The notes under the pieces: model-generated
Databases searched by the model: none
Seen by the model: the letters and a program-made list of their open reading frames with translations, nothing else
Told to the model about the DNA's origin: nothing
Part shown: one piece after another, positions 51,246 through 64,000 of the stretch
How positions within the stretch are numbered: position 1 is the stretch's first letter
How the letters are laid out: each line of letters begins with the position of its first letter
DNA from: Lama glama
Lineage: Eukaryota
Assembly: GCA_028534125.1 (NCBI GenBank)
Contig: CM052817.1
Span: forward strand, 81,222,001-81,286,000
Length of the DNA stretch: 64,000 nucleotides
Reading direction: 5' to 3'
Position numbers and translations under genes: made by a program

Positions 51246-52479
51246 GCAAGTAAGTTGAAATGATCTACCATGCACATACAGCCCAGTGCTAACCTTTCTA
51301 GCAAATAGAATAATAGAAATAAATCAAAGCCCGCCTCTATGCACATATTGTACCCACTCTAGTGGAAGAGACAGAGTATATGGAATTTCTCAAATATAAC
51401 ACAAGACACATGACAGGAGGACCTCTTACAGAGATGTCATAAGATGCTGTGAGAACCGAGGCTTGGAGACAGTGATATTTCTTGGGGTTCTGGGAAGTTT
51501 CCTGAAGGAACTAATTTTCAATCTCAGCCTAAATAAAGGAAAGAGGTGTGGGGTGGGGAGTTTATTTACATAATGACAATTACAACTAGCAAGCTGGTAA
51601 TATCAAAATGATGAGAGTCAGCTAGCTGATTGGCTCCAGGTGGCCAACATGCTGTCTTTATTATTTTCAGGATAGAGCTGTGACTAGCATCAGGGAAAAA
51701 GACTGAACTGAAAAAGAAGTGTTCACTCACAGTAAGTATACACATGGCATTCTTAAAGGATTAATCAGTTTTGACAGAGCTGGTAGAAATTAGGTTGCCA
51801 AATCTAAAAGAAGATTCTTACAGAAATTACTGGGCCATAATAAATGTCATGTCATTAGGTCATACAGTAGAATAATTAAATTAAAAAGTGTGCTTTTTGT
51901 ACTCGTGTGTTTATAATTGATCTGCTTCTAGCCTCTGTGTCCACAGGCATAACTTAGGCTAGTATGTCCTAATAGCTTTAAATTGCTTTATTTAAACTAA
52001 TTTTCCAATTGCAGTATGTGTACAGGGATTTCCTTTTCTTTCAAGCAGTTTGCTAAGAAGCAACCTTACATCTGATTCTCAGAAAGTCCTTTTCTGGCTT
52101 ATGCATCTCTCCTAACAGTCCTTGAGTTTAGACTATTTGAATCCCACGTGTGGAGGAAACGTTTATAAGTGAGACCTGATCTGCCTCTAAACAAACCGAG
52201 AGGCATAGACAATGTCTTCAGAGGAGCAGGAGAGGACAGAGCATAGAAAATGGGGGCGGAGCTCTGGGACTTGGTTTCCATTAGTAACTGCCTATTGAAT
52301 CTAGAATGTACATGTGTGCATTGGTGCTCACTATTGCCTTAGGCCAGTATATCCAGCATACGGCTATGCATATGACATCAGCGGTCCATTCTGACACTGA
52401 AAAAGACTATGCTTTTCTTTGGAGGGAGAGGAAATGGCACAATCTAAAATTACGCCTTTGTTCCAGCTGGGGTGGGAGT

Positions 52480-52690
52480 GCAAGTGGAGCAAATATCTAG
52501 GTGCATGAAAGCCTTTCTTCTGCCCTCCGTGATGTTGATCAAATTATGTAAAATGTTCATATCTCAGTGTTCTTGTATTTTTATGGGAATGATGTTTACA
52601 CCAGCATAATAGGGCTATTGTGAATACGAAATTGTATAATGTGTACAAAGCACTTAGCACAGCTCCTGGTACAATAAAAGTCAGCCAGGA
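52480..52690 (+). mobile_element. MIR fragment
   Basis: atagggctattgtgaata...tgtacaaagcacttagcacagctcctggtaca. Confidence 0.7.
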
Positions 52691-54409
52691 TTATAAAAAT
52701 TAATTTTTAAATATAAATATCATTTTAATGGCAGTGCATAAATACAGGGCCTGAATGCTGGAAAGACAAGAGAAGAGCTATAACTTAGGGGAAGTTACAT
52801 GGTGAATGCCATGTAGGGGAGATACCCACTCATTCTACTACTGAAATGGAGAGTATATGTCAGTACTTTACTCAGAAGTAGATGTCTGTAATGATTTAAT
52901 TTCGTCTTTCTCATCACAAAAATCATATAAATGCTTCTCTTGATAATTAATGAAATAATTCCATTTGCAAAGCCTTTTTAAAACTAAATTCTAGGAAAAT
53001 GAGAGCATCCCTAAGAGGGAGCTGTAGAGATGAAACCACTAAGTTTCCCTTTGACTTTGAAAAAATAACTGCCTTTCAATTTCTTAAATTGTGTAGATAA
53101 CAAATTCTAATAACTAAAATATTTCAATATTATTTTTAAAATGTTATTGTTAAAGTTATATAGTGTCTTCAAAAAGTTACAACTTATTAAAAGGCCTTAG
53201 ACTTCCCAATGTATTTCCTCAAAAAAATAAAGCGCTTGGAATGAAAATGTTATTGCAGTCATCCTTAACATCTGAAATTCTTTTTGAAAATTAGGAGGGA
53301 CCGTATGTTGAAAGCACATTAGCCAGGTACATCTCATTCATTGTTGCTTAGCAGATACCTCAGGAAAAAAACAGTGACAGGAGACCTGGCTGACTGAAAC
53401 ACTGAGAGAAATCATACACAGAGGAAGTGTTCTATTTCCTTTGTTCTTTATGTGTTCTATAAATATTTCATGTATTTATTAAAGCTGTGTTATTGCTGGA
53501 AGCCAGCCTTCTCCCTTGTTTAATTCTTTCCCCATCCTTGAAGGCTAGAAACGTTTGAAAAATAGGGAGTCTGCATTCCATGTGCGTGTTTTGTTAATAG
53601 ACAACACATGAAAGCTAGAGATGAAATTTTCTTAAAAGGAAGAGAAAGGGAAATATTTAGGATGACTGGGAAGAAAAAAAGTCTCACATTAAAGTCTCAC
53701 AGTACCCTGGAGGTGACCTTGAAACAATGGCTTTTATCAAAATTCTGTGAATTGAAAATAGGAGCAGTTCCAAAGAAATGAGAGTCAGCCTTTTCTTCTC
53801 ACAGCTATGTTTGTCTGCCTTGGTCCACGTGGCAGGAAAGTCACGGCTTGAGGGGTTTCCTTAGAAAGCTGCCTGGGGGTGGTTCACCATCAGCTGTATT
53901 TATTCCAGCGCTAAAAGGGAAGATTTCCTGTTTAAATAGTGTGCGTCTTGGAGGACGAGGGACCACTATAGGAAACATCAACAAAACCATTCCATTCACT
54001 AACATTTAAACCCCAATGCTGAAATAATGGAAGGAATCAATAAATCAGAAGTCAACATGGAGTTCTTGTCCTTTGGGGACCCTGATGATCCTGTCGTTTC
54101 AGTCGCGTCTGGGCTGTGAAATGAACAGAAACAAGTGGAAACATTCCATCTGGTCTTTGGCGAACACTGGCTTCAGCTTTCCTCTTTCACTCATGAACAT
54201 CACAGCAGGACTATATGATGTTCTATTTAATCTCAACACAATGCCATATGTTTCCTGAAACAGAGCATTGGTAAGTTGAAAAGCTATGAGTTTCTTCACA
54301 TTGGGGGAAAAATAGTGCAAGACAAAAGCAGAACCCAAAACCAATCTACACAGATTAAAAAGTGCCAAAATGCATGATGAATTCCATGCAGTGCTGTGTC
54401 CTCTGTAGA

Positions 54410-54640
54410 AAGTACCTACGCTGTTTAATATGTGCCCGACAATGTGATAAGCACTGGATGTGCAAGATCTTGTTTATCTTCAAACAATTTTTTGAATTTC
54501 CATTTTACTGAGGAGGAAACTGAGACTTAGAGAGGTTGAGTCCTGTCCAAATTCCAGAGCTAATACAGAGGAAAGCCTGAATTCCAACCCACACTGGTCA
54601 GATTCGGCACCTAAGCACTTAGCCACTACACGTCCTCCAA
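54410..54640 (-). mobile_element. MIR
   Basis: ccattttactgaggaggaaactgagacttagagaggttgag. Confidence 0.85.
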
Positions 54641-54969
54641 TTAGAAGTTATATGGCTGTGCTTATTTAAGAACAAGGCTGGTTTAGCCTTTGTTACCAAA
54701 GTTCTACTAAAGACAATTGTCCTCACTGACTGACACACCTATCTCCTGGAACCACAGAACCACAGCAGCTCAAAGGTATTTAATACTGGTGTTACACCAT
54801 ATGATGCCCAGTCTTCGAAACTGGGATACTTTTGTGAAGCGAAGAATGTGCTAATAATACTTGGCTAAGAAAATAGGTATAAACTTGGAATGTTTCTTCC
54901 TTCTACTTGCAGGTGGTCTTGACCCATCATCTTATGATTAATGGATTTTCTATTATTATACTAATATTA

Positions 54970-55180
54970 AGAACTACAATTGAGTACTTGCTGCTAAGAT
55001 CCAAATTTGTTTTTATACATCGTCTCCATCATTTGCACCAATTCTTCAGGTAGGGATTATTAGCTCCATTTTACAGATGAGAGGACGGAGATCCAGAGCA
55101 GACAGATGAGTTGTGAAAGGGCATTTAATTGTTAACAGGCAAAACTGGGATTCAGTACCAGGTTTTGAACGTTACCACTT
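54970..55180 (-). mobile_element. MIR
   Basis: aggtagggattattagctccattttacagatgagagg...ctgggattca. Confidence 0.8.
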
Positions 55181-56099
55181 ATTGCTTTTCTTTTGTTTTC
55201 TCTTGTTTCCTACACCCCAAGGAAAATTTTAGTCATGTAAAATTCATCCCTTCTCGGGGGGAACTTTGGTAGATAACCCACTGAAACATAGTATCAAAAC
55301 GGCAGAATAAGCAAACGTGACTATCTTCCTTCCCACTTCAAATTCTTAGAAATGACAGAATTTGGATTTCAAAAGGAAGAGGTCAATATTATCACTGGCA
55401 AACGATAAATAGTGCCACCAGGAAGCTGGACATGTTGGGGAATTTCAAAAAATACAGAGTATATGGGATCCGGTTGTCCAAACAGCCACAGCTCAGGCTA
55501 CTCTGGGGAAGGGCTACTGCAGAGGTGGGGGTGAGTCTAGGGCACAACATGCTCAGAGACACAGGATGCAGAGCGGAGCGTTCCTTTTGGCAATTGCAGG
55601 GATGAATCACTGGGACCCTGGCTCTGAAAAATTAATAGAATGGCACCTATGTTTTTGCTGATTAACAGGCAGCAGAGTTTCCCTTCTAAGTGAAAGCCGT
55701 GAGGATGTGGCCATCTGGGAGGAAGGACAGGGGCAGGATTGATATGCAGCTGGGACAGACCAGCTAAACCAGTTGTTTAAATATTGTAGGGCTTTTCCTG
55801 AAAAATTGTGCTCCACACTGGAAATTGCCACAGCATTGTAAAATGACTATAACTCAATAAAAAATGTTAAAAAAAATTGTAGGGCTTTTCGAATTATTCA
55901 ATCAGCACTACTCTTGGCCCCGAAAATTCCTCCGTCGCCCAGCCTCCCAAGCATTTCTTCCAGGACCCGTAGATCTCCGTATGATTCAGCAACCAAAGAG
56001 TAAGTCTGGGACTACAAGGGGCTGCAAGACCCCAGTCTGGTGCTGTGGCCACTGTCCGTTCTGACGACTCAGTCTCTGTGCCATGTACGGGAGAGTAGG

Positions 56100-56415
56100 C
56101 AGTAACAGACTTCTCAGATACTAGCTTTCTCCTTTCTCACTGCATATCCCTTTATGGGTAGAAGTGGCTGTATCACTTGCTTAAAGCCAATAAAATGTGT
56201 AAGGAAGTGACATGTGTCACTCCAGGATGGAAACATTTAGAAAACATACTCTGCACCTTCCGTTGTGAACCCTGAAGAAATGTTAGACTCACAACCAGAC
56301 AGAACCCCTGTCAGCCTGGGTGCCTGAAGGACTGTGATAATTATTTATTGTTTGATGTCACTGAGATCTAGGGATTGACTATTAAAACACCAAAACAAAG
56401 CCTGACTTAAATCTA
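56100..56415 (+). mobile_element. MLT1 (I/J-like) LTR fragment
   Basis: gccaataaaatgtgtaaggaagtgacatgtgtcactcc...tcagcctgggtgcctga...cactgagatctagggattg. Confidence 0.7.
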
Positions 56416-56589
56416 CGAGCAGTTAAGTACTTTGGAGCATCCAAGAGGAAGAGGGTTGCTACTTACCCAGAAGCCATGGTCAGTGCAATCCGCAGCCTCC
56501 TCTGGCTTTTCCCTCAGAAGTGGCATCCACCAGTGATCAGGAGTTCTCTAGTATAAAGATGGCCAATGAATAAACAACATCAAAAAGAG

Positions 56590-57000
56590 TTAAAAAAACA
56601 TTAGGAAGGCTTGATCGACTGTGGAGATAGATTTGAAAATTCCCACATCCCCTTCAGAGTTATTTAGAAGGATTGATCAAAGGATATGAAGCAAGAGAAC
56701 TAATCCTCAGGACTTAGGTAAGATCTATGTCTGATTTAAAATGACCCTGTAAGCGCTACACAATATAAATAAACAAAAAACAAACTCACTTATACCTTCT
56801 TAAGAAATTTCAAAACTATAACAGAGAGGAAATTCTAAACGCTGTTGAGGAGCCTGAAAAAAAGAAAAAAGGAAGGCTCGACAAACAAGAATAAGCTGTT
56901 ACTGTCATTGTTTTATTTGAAGCTCTGGAATCTAAAAGACTGTGGAGTATTGGTTTCAAATTTTTGAAAAAGAATTTTGATTCTAGAAATCCATCCCGAG
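56590..57000 (+). mobile_element. degraded L1/HAL1 ORF1 fragment
   Basis: gaaatttcaaaactataacagagaggaaattcta...ctggaatctaaaagactgtggagtattggtttcaaatttttgaa...ttttgattctagaa. Confidence 0.55.
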
Positions 57001-57002
57001 CG

Positions 57003-57510
57003 GTGATTGCTGTAGATATACTGAATTCAGCAGAAATTTGAATCCAGTGACTTGAATAAAGCTTTCACGTAACAAGATGTATCATTGTGGTGCAACAGCT
57101 TCTCAACACCATTAACATCCCTAGCTCCTTCTCTCTAAAGACCACCGTCCTTTGGATGTGGATGTGATTTTGCATTTTCCTAGGCATCTCACAGTCATAA
57201 GGAGGCTCACCATTCTTGTCTCACATCTGCATTCCAGGACCTAAGAGGAAGGTAAAAGGGATAAAAAGCCCCTGTATTGGAAACTCTATTCAATATGATG
57301 CCCACATTGAAAAGTAATCCTTCCTAGACTTGCCCAGAAGACTTTTGCCTCCAACACTGTGGCCAGATCTGTGTTCCATGCACCCCTAGTTTCAGAAAAG
57401 GCTGGAAGTTAGCTTTTAAGAAGACACATTCTGCTTTAAACAGAGTTGAGGTTAAAATAGCAGGAGAAATGAGAGTGGATATTGGGTAGGAAGTCAGTGG
57501 CGTCTGCTTG
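57003..57510 (-). mobile_element. MLT1J-like LTR
   Basis: tcacatctgcattccagg...ccagaagacttttgcctcc...tggccagatctgtg...tggatattgggtagg. Confidence 0.7.
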
Positions 57511-57757
57511 TGGTTTTCTTTGGTGTGACGCAGCAGTTCTGATCATTCTCTCCTGCGTGACACACACTAGTGAACAAAGGTTGAGATTTTGACCTACACA
57601 CCTGGAAATAAAGTTACAAGACACTTGCACAAAGTACGTATGAAGGATTCCCTGTGAATCATGAGCTAAACATAAAATTATGAAAGTAGTATAATTTTAA
57701 CGTTAAGGATTTTGCAAAATAATCCAAAACTCAGAATGCTTAAAAACTGACATTGTT

Positions 57758-57922
57758 GGAGGGGAGGATATAGCTCAGTGGTAGAGTCCGTGCTTAGCAT
57801 GCATGAGGTCCTGAATTCAATCCCCAGCACCTCTGTTAAATAAAAAAGAAAAATAAGTAATAAATAAACCTAATTATCTCTCCCCCCCAAAAAATGAAAA
57901 AAAATTTTAAAATGCTTTTAAA
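57758..57922 (+). mobile_element. vic-1-like camelid SINE
   Basis: ggggaggatatagctcagtggtagagtccgtgcttagcatgcatgaggtcctgaattcaatccccagcacctc; TSD aaaaactgacattgtt (57742-57757) and aagaagtgacattgtt (57923-57938). Confidence 0.92.
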
Positions 57923-58199
57923 AAGAAGTGACATTGTTAACATTTACAAATACAAAACCTCTCTACAAAAAAGGAAACCAGAAAAAAAAAATGTAACTTG
58001 AAATGTTGAAGAAGGGTTCTCACATTTTTTCATGTACCTGTTATTGTGTATTTGTTCTTGTATTCTTCGTGTAATTATTTTAAATATAAAACAACAAGCA
58101 CACAAGCATTTTATTTTTACTAGGTATGAACCAACATCTTTTCCACCATCTCATCTACTTGAGTTATACGGTCTAACGCTGGGTCAAAACAAATCTAAT

Positions 58200-59175
58200 G
58201 TATCTTCTAAATGGCCATCCTTCAGATATTAGATGAACATAATTATAATGTCATTCTTGAGTTTCCCTTTGTCCAAACCAAATATTCTTAATCTCTTCAG
58301 TCATGGCTAAAGTGGATGGTATTGAATTGCTTCACTCACGATGGCTTCTCTGAATGTAGCAGCTTTGTCTCTTGAACCACAGGGCAAACTCAAATGTCAA
58401 GTGTGGTTTTTTTGGTCTGGGGCAGAATAAATCAGGAGTGTCCCTCTTCTAATTACAGGTATAACGTTTCCACTAATGAAGACTAATCACGCGTTTACCT
58501 CTTAAAGCAACTCAGTCATGCAGTTTGTGCATACAAAGCTTCCTAGTTTTGCCTTAAAGTTCATTTTCTTGGTGCTGCTAATTAGCTGTGCCTTTTCTTG
58601 GATTTGTCTTTATGAAGAGGGTGTGCTTTTCTGTTTTCCTTCAGCTGTTTAGTGAAGATTCACTGCTGCCTCTTATCTACTTTTGAAGAAGCCTGAAGGC
58701 TAAGTTTCTTATAATTAGGATTGGCCTGGCCATCCCCTCTGAAGACTGTGCTTTGATGTTTTGATTGCTCCTTTGAAGTCCATATTTGTGTCTGGGTCAG
58801 TTCTGATGTCTCCATGGATATCAAGTTAGGTTCTAGACCCCTGAACTTGTCCCCTGCTTCATATTTTTGTGTGACTGATCTGCACTGCACTCAAAACCGA
58901 CTAAGCTATGACTTACACATTAAGTACTTGTATAATTGGATTTTTGGCTTATTAATACAGGACCTTCTATTTATCCCTTTTAAATTTCAATTTTTGTGTT
59001 AAATGCTTACAGTTGGTAGAGTTTCTTATTCTTTGTAATTTCCAGCATTGTATCAGGCCTGTACCTGATAAAATTTTCAATATATGCATGTCCTAATTAC
59101 TGGCATGAACTCTGAGCAAAGCAAGGCCAAGGACAGAGCCCAACAGCACGCCCATCAGCTTCCAAAACTGAATGG
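58200..59175 (-). mobile_element. L3/CR1 fragments
   Basis: ccttcagatatt...tccactaatgaagactaa, tacttgtataattggattttt and caaggccaaggacagagccc; an unassigned segment lies at about 58600-58920. Confidence 0.55.
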
Positions 59176-59799
59176 AAACTTCAAGACCTAGATTTACCCA
59201 TTTTATGGTAATATTCTGCTTCTTTAAATTCTAAATTAATGATTAAAAAATGGATATAAATTTTCAATGGAATTTTCCCAACTGTTTGGAAAAGAACTGA
59301 TTGAAACTTTGCACTTAACCTGAATCAGAGAAATTCTGTCAGCTGGTAAAAAAAAAATCAGCATATTAATTTTCTTTTTTTAAACTCACCAGTTATTTTA
59401 ATATTGCATAAATGTAGCTAGATTTACTTTATATGTACATTTGGAGTGCTTAATATGATTTATTATTTACATGTTTTATTCTGTTTAATCCTCACAAAAA
59501 CTTACAATGAAGCAAATAACTCAGTGAGGTAAAGGAATTTATCTAAAGTTACACGACTTGTGAGGGAAAAACTGGGGGTTGAGGTGGGCTAACACTGGAA
59601 CAGTCACAATTAATGACTAAACCGTGGGCCTTTTTAGACACGTTATGTCTATTAATCTTTAGAACAGTTAATGTGGGATTTTGTTATTAGTTTTGCTATT
59701 TCAACATTTAAGAGACTTTCTCTGTTGGAAGAATCCTCACCCTCTGAGACTTAGTGAGGGTGTGGTAGCGTTCAAGTTCGGAGGATCTTAACAAAATAG

Positions 59800-60416
59800 A
59801 AGCTCTCTTTCCAGCCTTCCCTGAGCACACCTCCCCGGCCAACCTCCCCCGAGCTTCCCTCCTGACAACCAGCCTCACCAGAGCCTGGCTGAGGATGGGA
59901 GCTCTGTCCCTCCTTCCCTGGGATGGTAGCAGTAACAGTGGCTGCTGATGACACTGACAGGGGCATAGGTGGAAGCTGAATGTAAGTTACAATGGCATAA
60001 ATTTACATGGTTAGAGTTCTGGCAGCAGTGGGAACGGTATTGTCAGCATGATTTTGAGCATTGCTTCTGGCTACTTAGCCTTGAGTCTGGTATTCCAGCA
60101 CCCCCAATATTTATGTGAGTTACCGAATATTATTTTAATAAACTCAAGACTCAGTTTAGAGTGTTAAAGAGCACAGGCCCAGAACTGCCACTGCCTAGCT
60201 GTATGTGACCTTGGGTAAATAACTTAATCCCTGTGTGCTTCAGTTTCCTCGCCTGTGACAGGGAATAATAGAAACGTGGGGATTCAATGATTGTAGTCTT
60301 TTGAAGACTCCGTAACAAGTAGAAGGCACTCCGTAATTGTCCACTCTATTATTAGCCTATTTTTCTCGTTAATCAGGCGAAGTCTGTTTCTTACAACTAA
60401 GCACCATAACTGATCA
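59800..60416 (+). mobile_element. LTR33-like ERVL LTR, split by a MIR
   Basis: gtgagttaccgaatattattttaataaactc [MIR] ttttctcgttaatcagg...tacaactaagcaccataactgatca. Confidence 0.65.
60148..60355 (+). mobile_element. MIR
   Basis: gttaaagagcacaggccc...tgtgaccttgggtaaataacttaatccctgtgtgcttcagtttcctcgcctgt. Confidence 0.85.
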
Positions 60417-61779
60417 TTATTAATATTTCTGGCTTAATGAGCATACAGGCTCAGAAGAGTTACTTAAAGTTATAAGTTTATTAAAAAGAAATGCAAGAAT
60501 TTTAGAACAAAATTTAGATCTACCTGAACTCAAAACTTAGTTCAGTTCTTTGCAATTTCCTGCTTAATAGAGGATGGCTTAAAATATCCTTATACCAAGC
60601 AAATGGAAATGTCCTCATTCAAATGCAGTTGACTGAGAAAGAGAAAAGAGTTTGACTAAAAAATTTTTCTTTAACTCTATTTATTATTATATATAGGAGA
60701 CCTTCTACCAGATTGAAATTCCAGTCCTCAATTAAACCACAAGAAAAATGTGCCTGTGTATATAAGATATAGCATGAACTCAATAACTTAATAATTCTGT
60801 TTATTAAAACTGTCCTGAAGTTAATCCTATTATAGTTATCTAGTGCCCTGGAAGCAGACAAGATTACTAAAACAGAACGTATGTAGGGTTTTCTTTTTAC
60901 AATTTTTTTTTCTTCCCATCTCATTTTCTTGGCTTCAGAATTCAGTAAACTGGAAAGCTTTACTTTATTTCTGATACTAAATGTGGTAAGGTTAGCAGAA
61001 ACTCTTGATATAAGGGCTTATCTTTCTCCCTTACTCTCACCAGGCAGAATTTCATCTCTCTTGCTGTGGCTGCAAATAAAAATGTATGTTGCAAACAAAA
61101 CAGTCAAGCATTTCACATTTGAGCTAAGCTTCTTTTGCCATGCTGGAAAACACTTCATACTTTCATCAAGAAAATCATCAGAAAAAGGGCAATCATTTTC
61201 AACCTGATGGTTTCCTTTGTATAAGCCCAACCTCAAATGAATATACTTATCTCTTTAAAATGATGCTATAATTTATTTCCTGTCTCCAAAGCTAAATGTG
61301 ATGATTTGATAGGACACCTAGGAAATAGCTTTAGATAGTACACATTATAATTGCCTCATTTACCTACTTGTATGCAGAGCCAATCATTAGCACATACACC
61401 AAATGTTTTAAAATTATTTCTTTTAGAAATTGGAATGTGGTTCTGTTTTCTGTTCTAAGTTCACATTTTAATTTCAACAGAATACCAAAATATAGCATTT
61501 CCGTTTCTATCTAATTGTGTGTAAATATAAATGTTTTAAATGGGTCTGCATATTATTATTTGCAATTTCTCCATGTCATGGGGTATTATTTTCCACTTAT
61601 AATCACCAGTAAGGCATACATTTGATGATCAAGGTCATAAATTCTCAGCTTATTAAGCCAAGCCAATATAAATTATTTAAGATATTAATTTTTGTTAAGG
61701 AACTGCATTTGTGCAATATTTAAGTTATATTCCTTAAAAAGAATCTATTGTCTCTTTTATGACCTTGAAGGATAACTTA

Positions 61780-62045
61780 GTTGTTTGCAATGTATTTAAA
61801 AATATATAAAGCGCTTTTACATTGATTTTCTCATTTAATTCTAGCAACTGTATAAACTGTATATAGAGGGTTTTATTGTTACATGATCAGTTGGGAGGAT
61901 TCTGAGATGAGAGGTTAAGTTGTATTCCATTACAGGAGGGGCGGGTGGGAGACGGGGGCGGAAGGAGACGGGCAGTAAATGGTAGAGTCGGACAGAATCC
62001 ATTAGCCTTAAACGCGGATCCAGTGTCCTTATTACAGCCTTTCCT
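61780..62045 (-). mobile_element. MIR fragment
   Basis: ttctcatttaattctagcaac...ctgagatgagaggttaagt. Confidence 0.55.
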
Positions 62046-62203
62046 CTCATTCTCTCACTGAGTTCATGGGAGAGTTTGAAAGTGAAATGAGTTGATTTAC
62101 CTCAGGAAACTTGCTCTGGTTCCTAGCCTTACAGCAGAATGCACGATGCTATGTTTCAAGACCCACAGGAGACAAACCTTTATCCCTGGAACCAAATATA
62201 AGG

Positions 62204-62207
62204 GCGC

Positions 62208-62245
<38 letters not shown>
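62204..62245. repeat. (GC)n + (TG)n microsatellite
   Basis: gcgcgcgcacgtgtgtgtg... Confidence 0.92.
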
Positions 62246-62248
<3 letters not shown>

Positions 62249-62421
62249 CCCCAGCTTTTGTCGTTGGGCCTGACAGGATGGAAGGCAGTGCCCAGTGCTG
62301 GCACCATGTACCTGTTCCCTGTCTGGTTGTTAAATGAAAAAGTGACACCTGGACCCGCTTGTGATCTCCTGGATAGGATACTTGACTAAGATCCAGAATG
62401 TTTGCCAGAGGCTCAAGGAAC

Positions 62422-62921
62422 NNNNNNNNNNNNNNNNNNNNNNNNNNNNNNNNNNNNNNNNNNNNNNNNNNNNNNNNNNNNNNNNNNNNNNNNNNNNNNN
62501 NNNNNNNNNNNNNNNNNNNNNNNNNNNNNNNNNNNNNNNNNNNNNNNNNNNNNNNNNNNNNNNNNNNNNNNNNNNNNNNNNNNNNNNNNNNNNNNNNNNN
62601 NNNNNNNNNNNNNNNNNNNNNNNNNNNNNNNNNNNNNNNNNNNNNNNNNNNNNNNNNNNNNNNNNNNNNNNNNNNNNNNNNNNNNNNNNNNNNNNNNNNN
62701 NNNNNNNNNNNNNNNNNNNNNNNNNNNNNNNNNNNNNNNNNNNNNNNNNNNNNNNNNNNNNNNNNNNNNNNNNNNNNNNNNNNNNNNNNNNNNNNNNNNN
62801 NNNNNNNNNNNNNNNNNNNNNNNNNNNNNNNNNNNNNNNNNNNNNNNNNNNNNNNNNNNNNNNNNNNNNNNNNNNNNNNNNNNNNNNNNNNNNNNNNNNN
62901 NNNNNNNNNNNNNNNNNNNNN
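62422..62921. other. assembly gap (500 N)
   Basis: A run of exactly 500 N, probably a placeholder length. Confidence 0.99.
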
Positions 62922-64000
62922 GTTCTTGCAGTATTCTATTCCATGTCCACAGTGGGTAGGCTAGCTCTCCTCTCTTCTGAGAGACTTCTCTACATATTCC
63001 TTGCTGGAGTACAGCCAGTCCATCCTCAATTAGAGGTAAAACTGCTGTCAGCAACTACTCAGACCCAAACTTTGCTTCTCTCATCCTTTGGATCCCTGAC
63101 AGAATTATTTTATTAGGTTCCTCTCTTTCAAACTTTTCAAATCTATCTGGATAAATTCTCTTCAGGTGCAGCTCCTTATTTCCAAGTTTAGCTGTCATTG
63201 CTATGATCATCAAAGAGAAGCCTTTCTTACTGCGTACAACAGAGCTTCAGCCTTGATAAAATCAGACTGCTTTCTGAAATCTAGTTTTGCATATCAGTGC
63301 ACCACCCTCCAGGAAATGGAGCTGCCAGTGAAACTAGCTAGGTTACGTATCTTTATATCTGTGCTCACTCGTAGACAGTGTTCATGACCAGCGAGCTGCT
63401 TCTGTTTCTTATGTAAACTCAGCACTTTAAATAGTCATTAGATTTCCTAAATGTGGTAACATAAGTCTGTGACTGTTTAGGAGTTTCTCATGAATATCTA
63501 GACTTTAAACAAAGAAGTTAAAGTAAATAATTTGATTTTTAAATGTACACAATCTCTATTATGGCTAATATCTGATAATTTATGAGGAAATTGTTGGTTC
63601 ATGTGTGTTATATTTATCCTTTTAGATCATAATTAGAAACTTTAAAATTTCCATTTCTGGAGTTTTTACTCTAGATTAGTTAATATGGTAAGATTAATGG
63701 AGAATCCAAACTAATTAATGACTAAAATATAAAATGTATGAAAACTTACAATTATTTAGATACAAAAAGGGTATCTTGTCTATACAAATGAATACATTTT
63801 TTGTGTTACCTATTATTTCACTGTGTGATGAAAATATCACAGAATCATATTTGTATCACTTCTCTTAATTAAAGTAATCTAGGCATACAGAAAATGGAGA
63901 AATTGAAGCAATAGTTTAGATTAAACCTTCAGCAAACCTTGGCATCTCTTTTCTATCCAGCACAAAATGCACTTCTGACCAACAACCTTTATTTTTTAAC

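Noticed and set aside
55964..55980. acccgtagatc, similar to the miR-99/100 5' end
   Set aside because: The match stops after 11 nt and no precursor hairpin is evident.
62361..63116. Longest ORFs (185-251 aa)
   Set aside because: They are long only because they run through the 500-N gap.
1..64000. CRISPR arrays, operons or other prokaryote-type systems
   Set aside because: The sequence is mammalian, with no repeat-spacer array and no dense coding region.

Overview
AT-rich mammalian genomic DNA, most likely from a camelid (camel/alpaca/llama): three tRNA-Ala-derived SINEs match my recollection of the camelid vic-1 family. I recognise no protein-coding exon, RNA gene or CpG island. The listed ORFs are short and look like chance products, repeat fragments or N-gap artefacts. 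The window reads as intergenic DNA or part of a large intron. It is filled with old eutherian repeats (MIR, L2, L3/CR1, L1M, MLT1, MER21, LTR16, LTR33, MER5, MER58, Tigger, a Zaphod-like hAT), microsatellites and repeat-poor unique blocks that may hold enhancers, and it has a 500-N gap at 62422-62921. The most notable local structures are a perfect 39-bp palindrome carrying two everted AAAGGTCA motifs, a four-level nested transposon stack around an internally deleted L1, and a few speculative splice-site-bounded segments. Repeat family names come from memory of consensus sequences, not from a search, and most repeat boundaries are approximate. I found no convincing new biological system.
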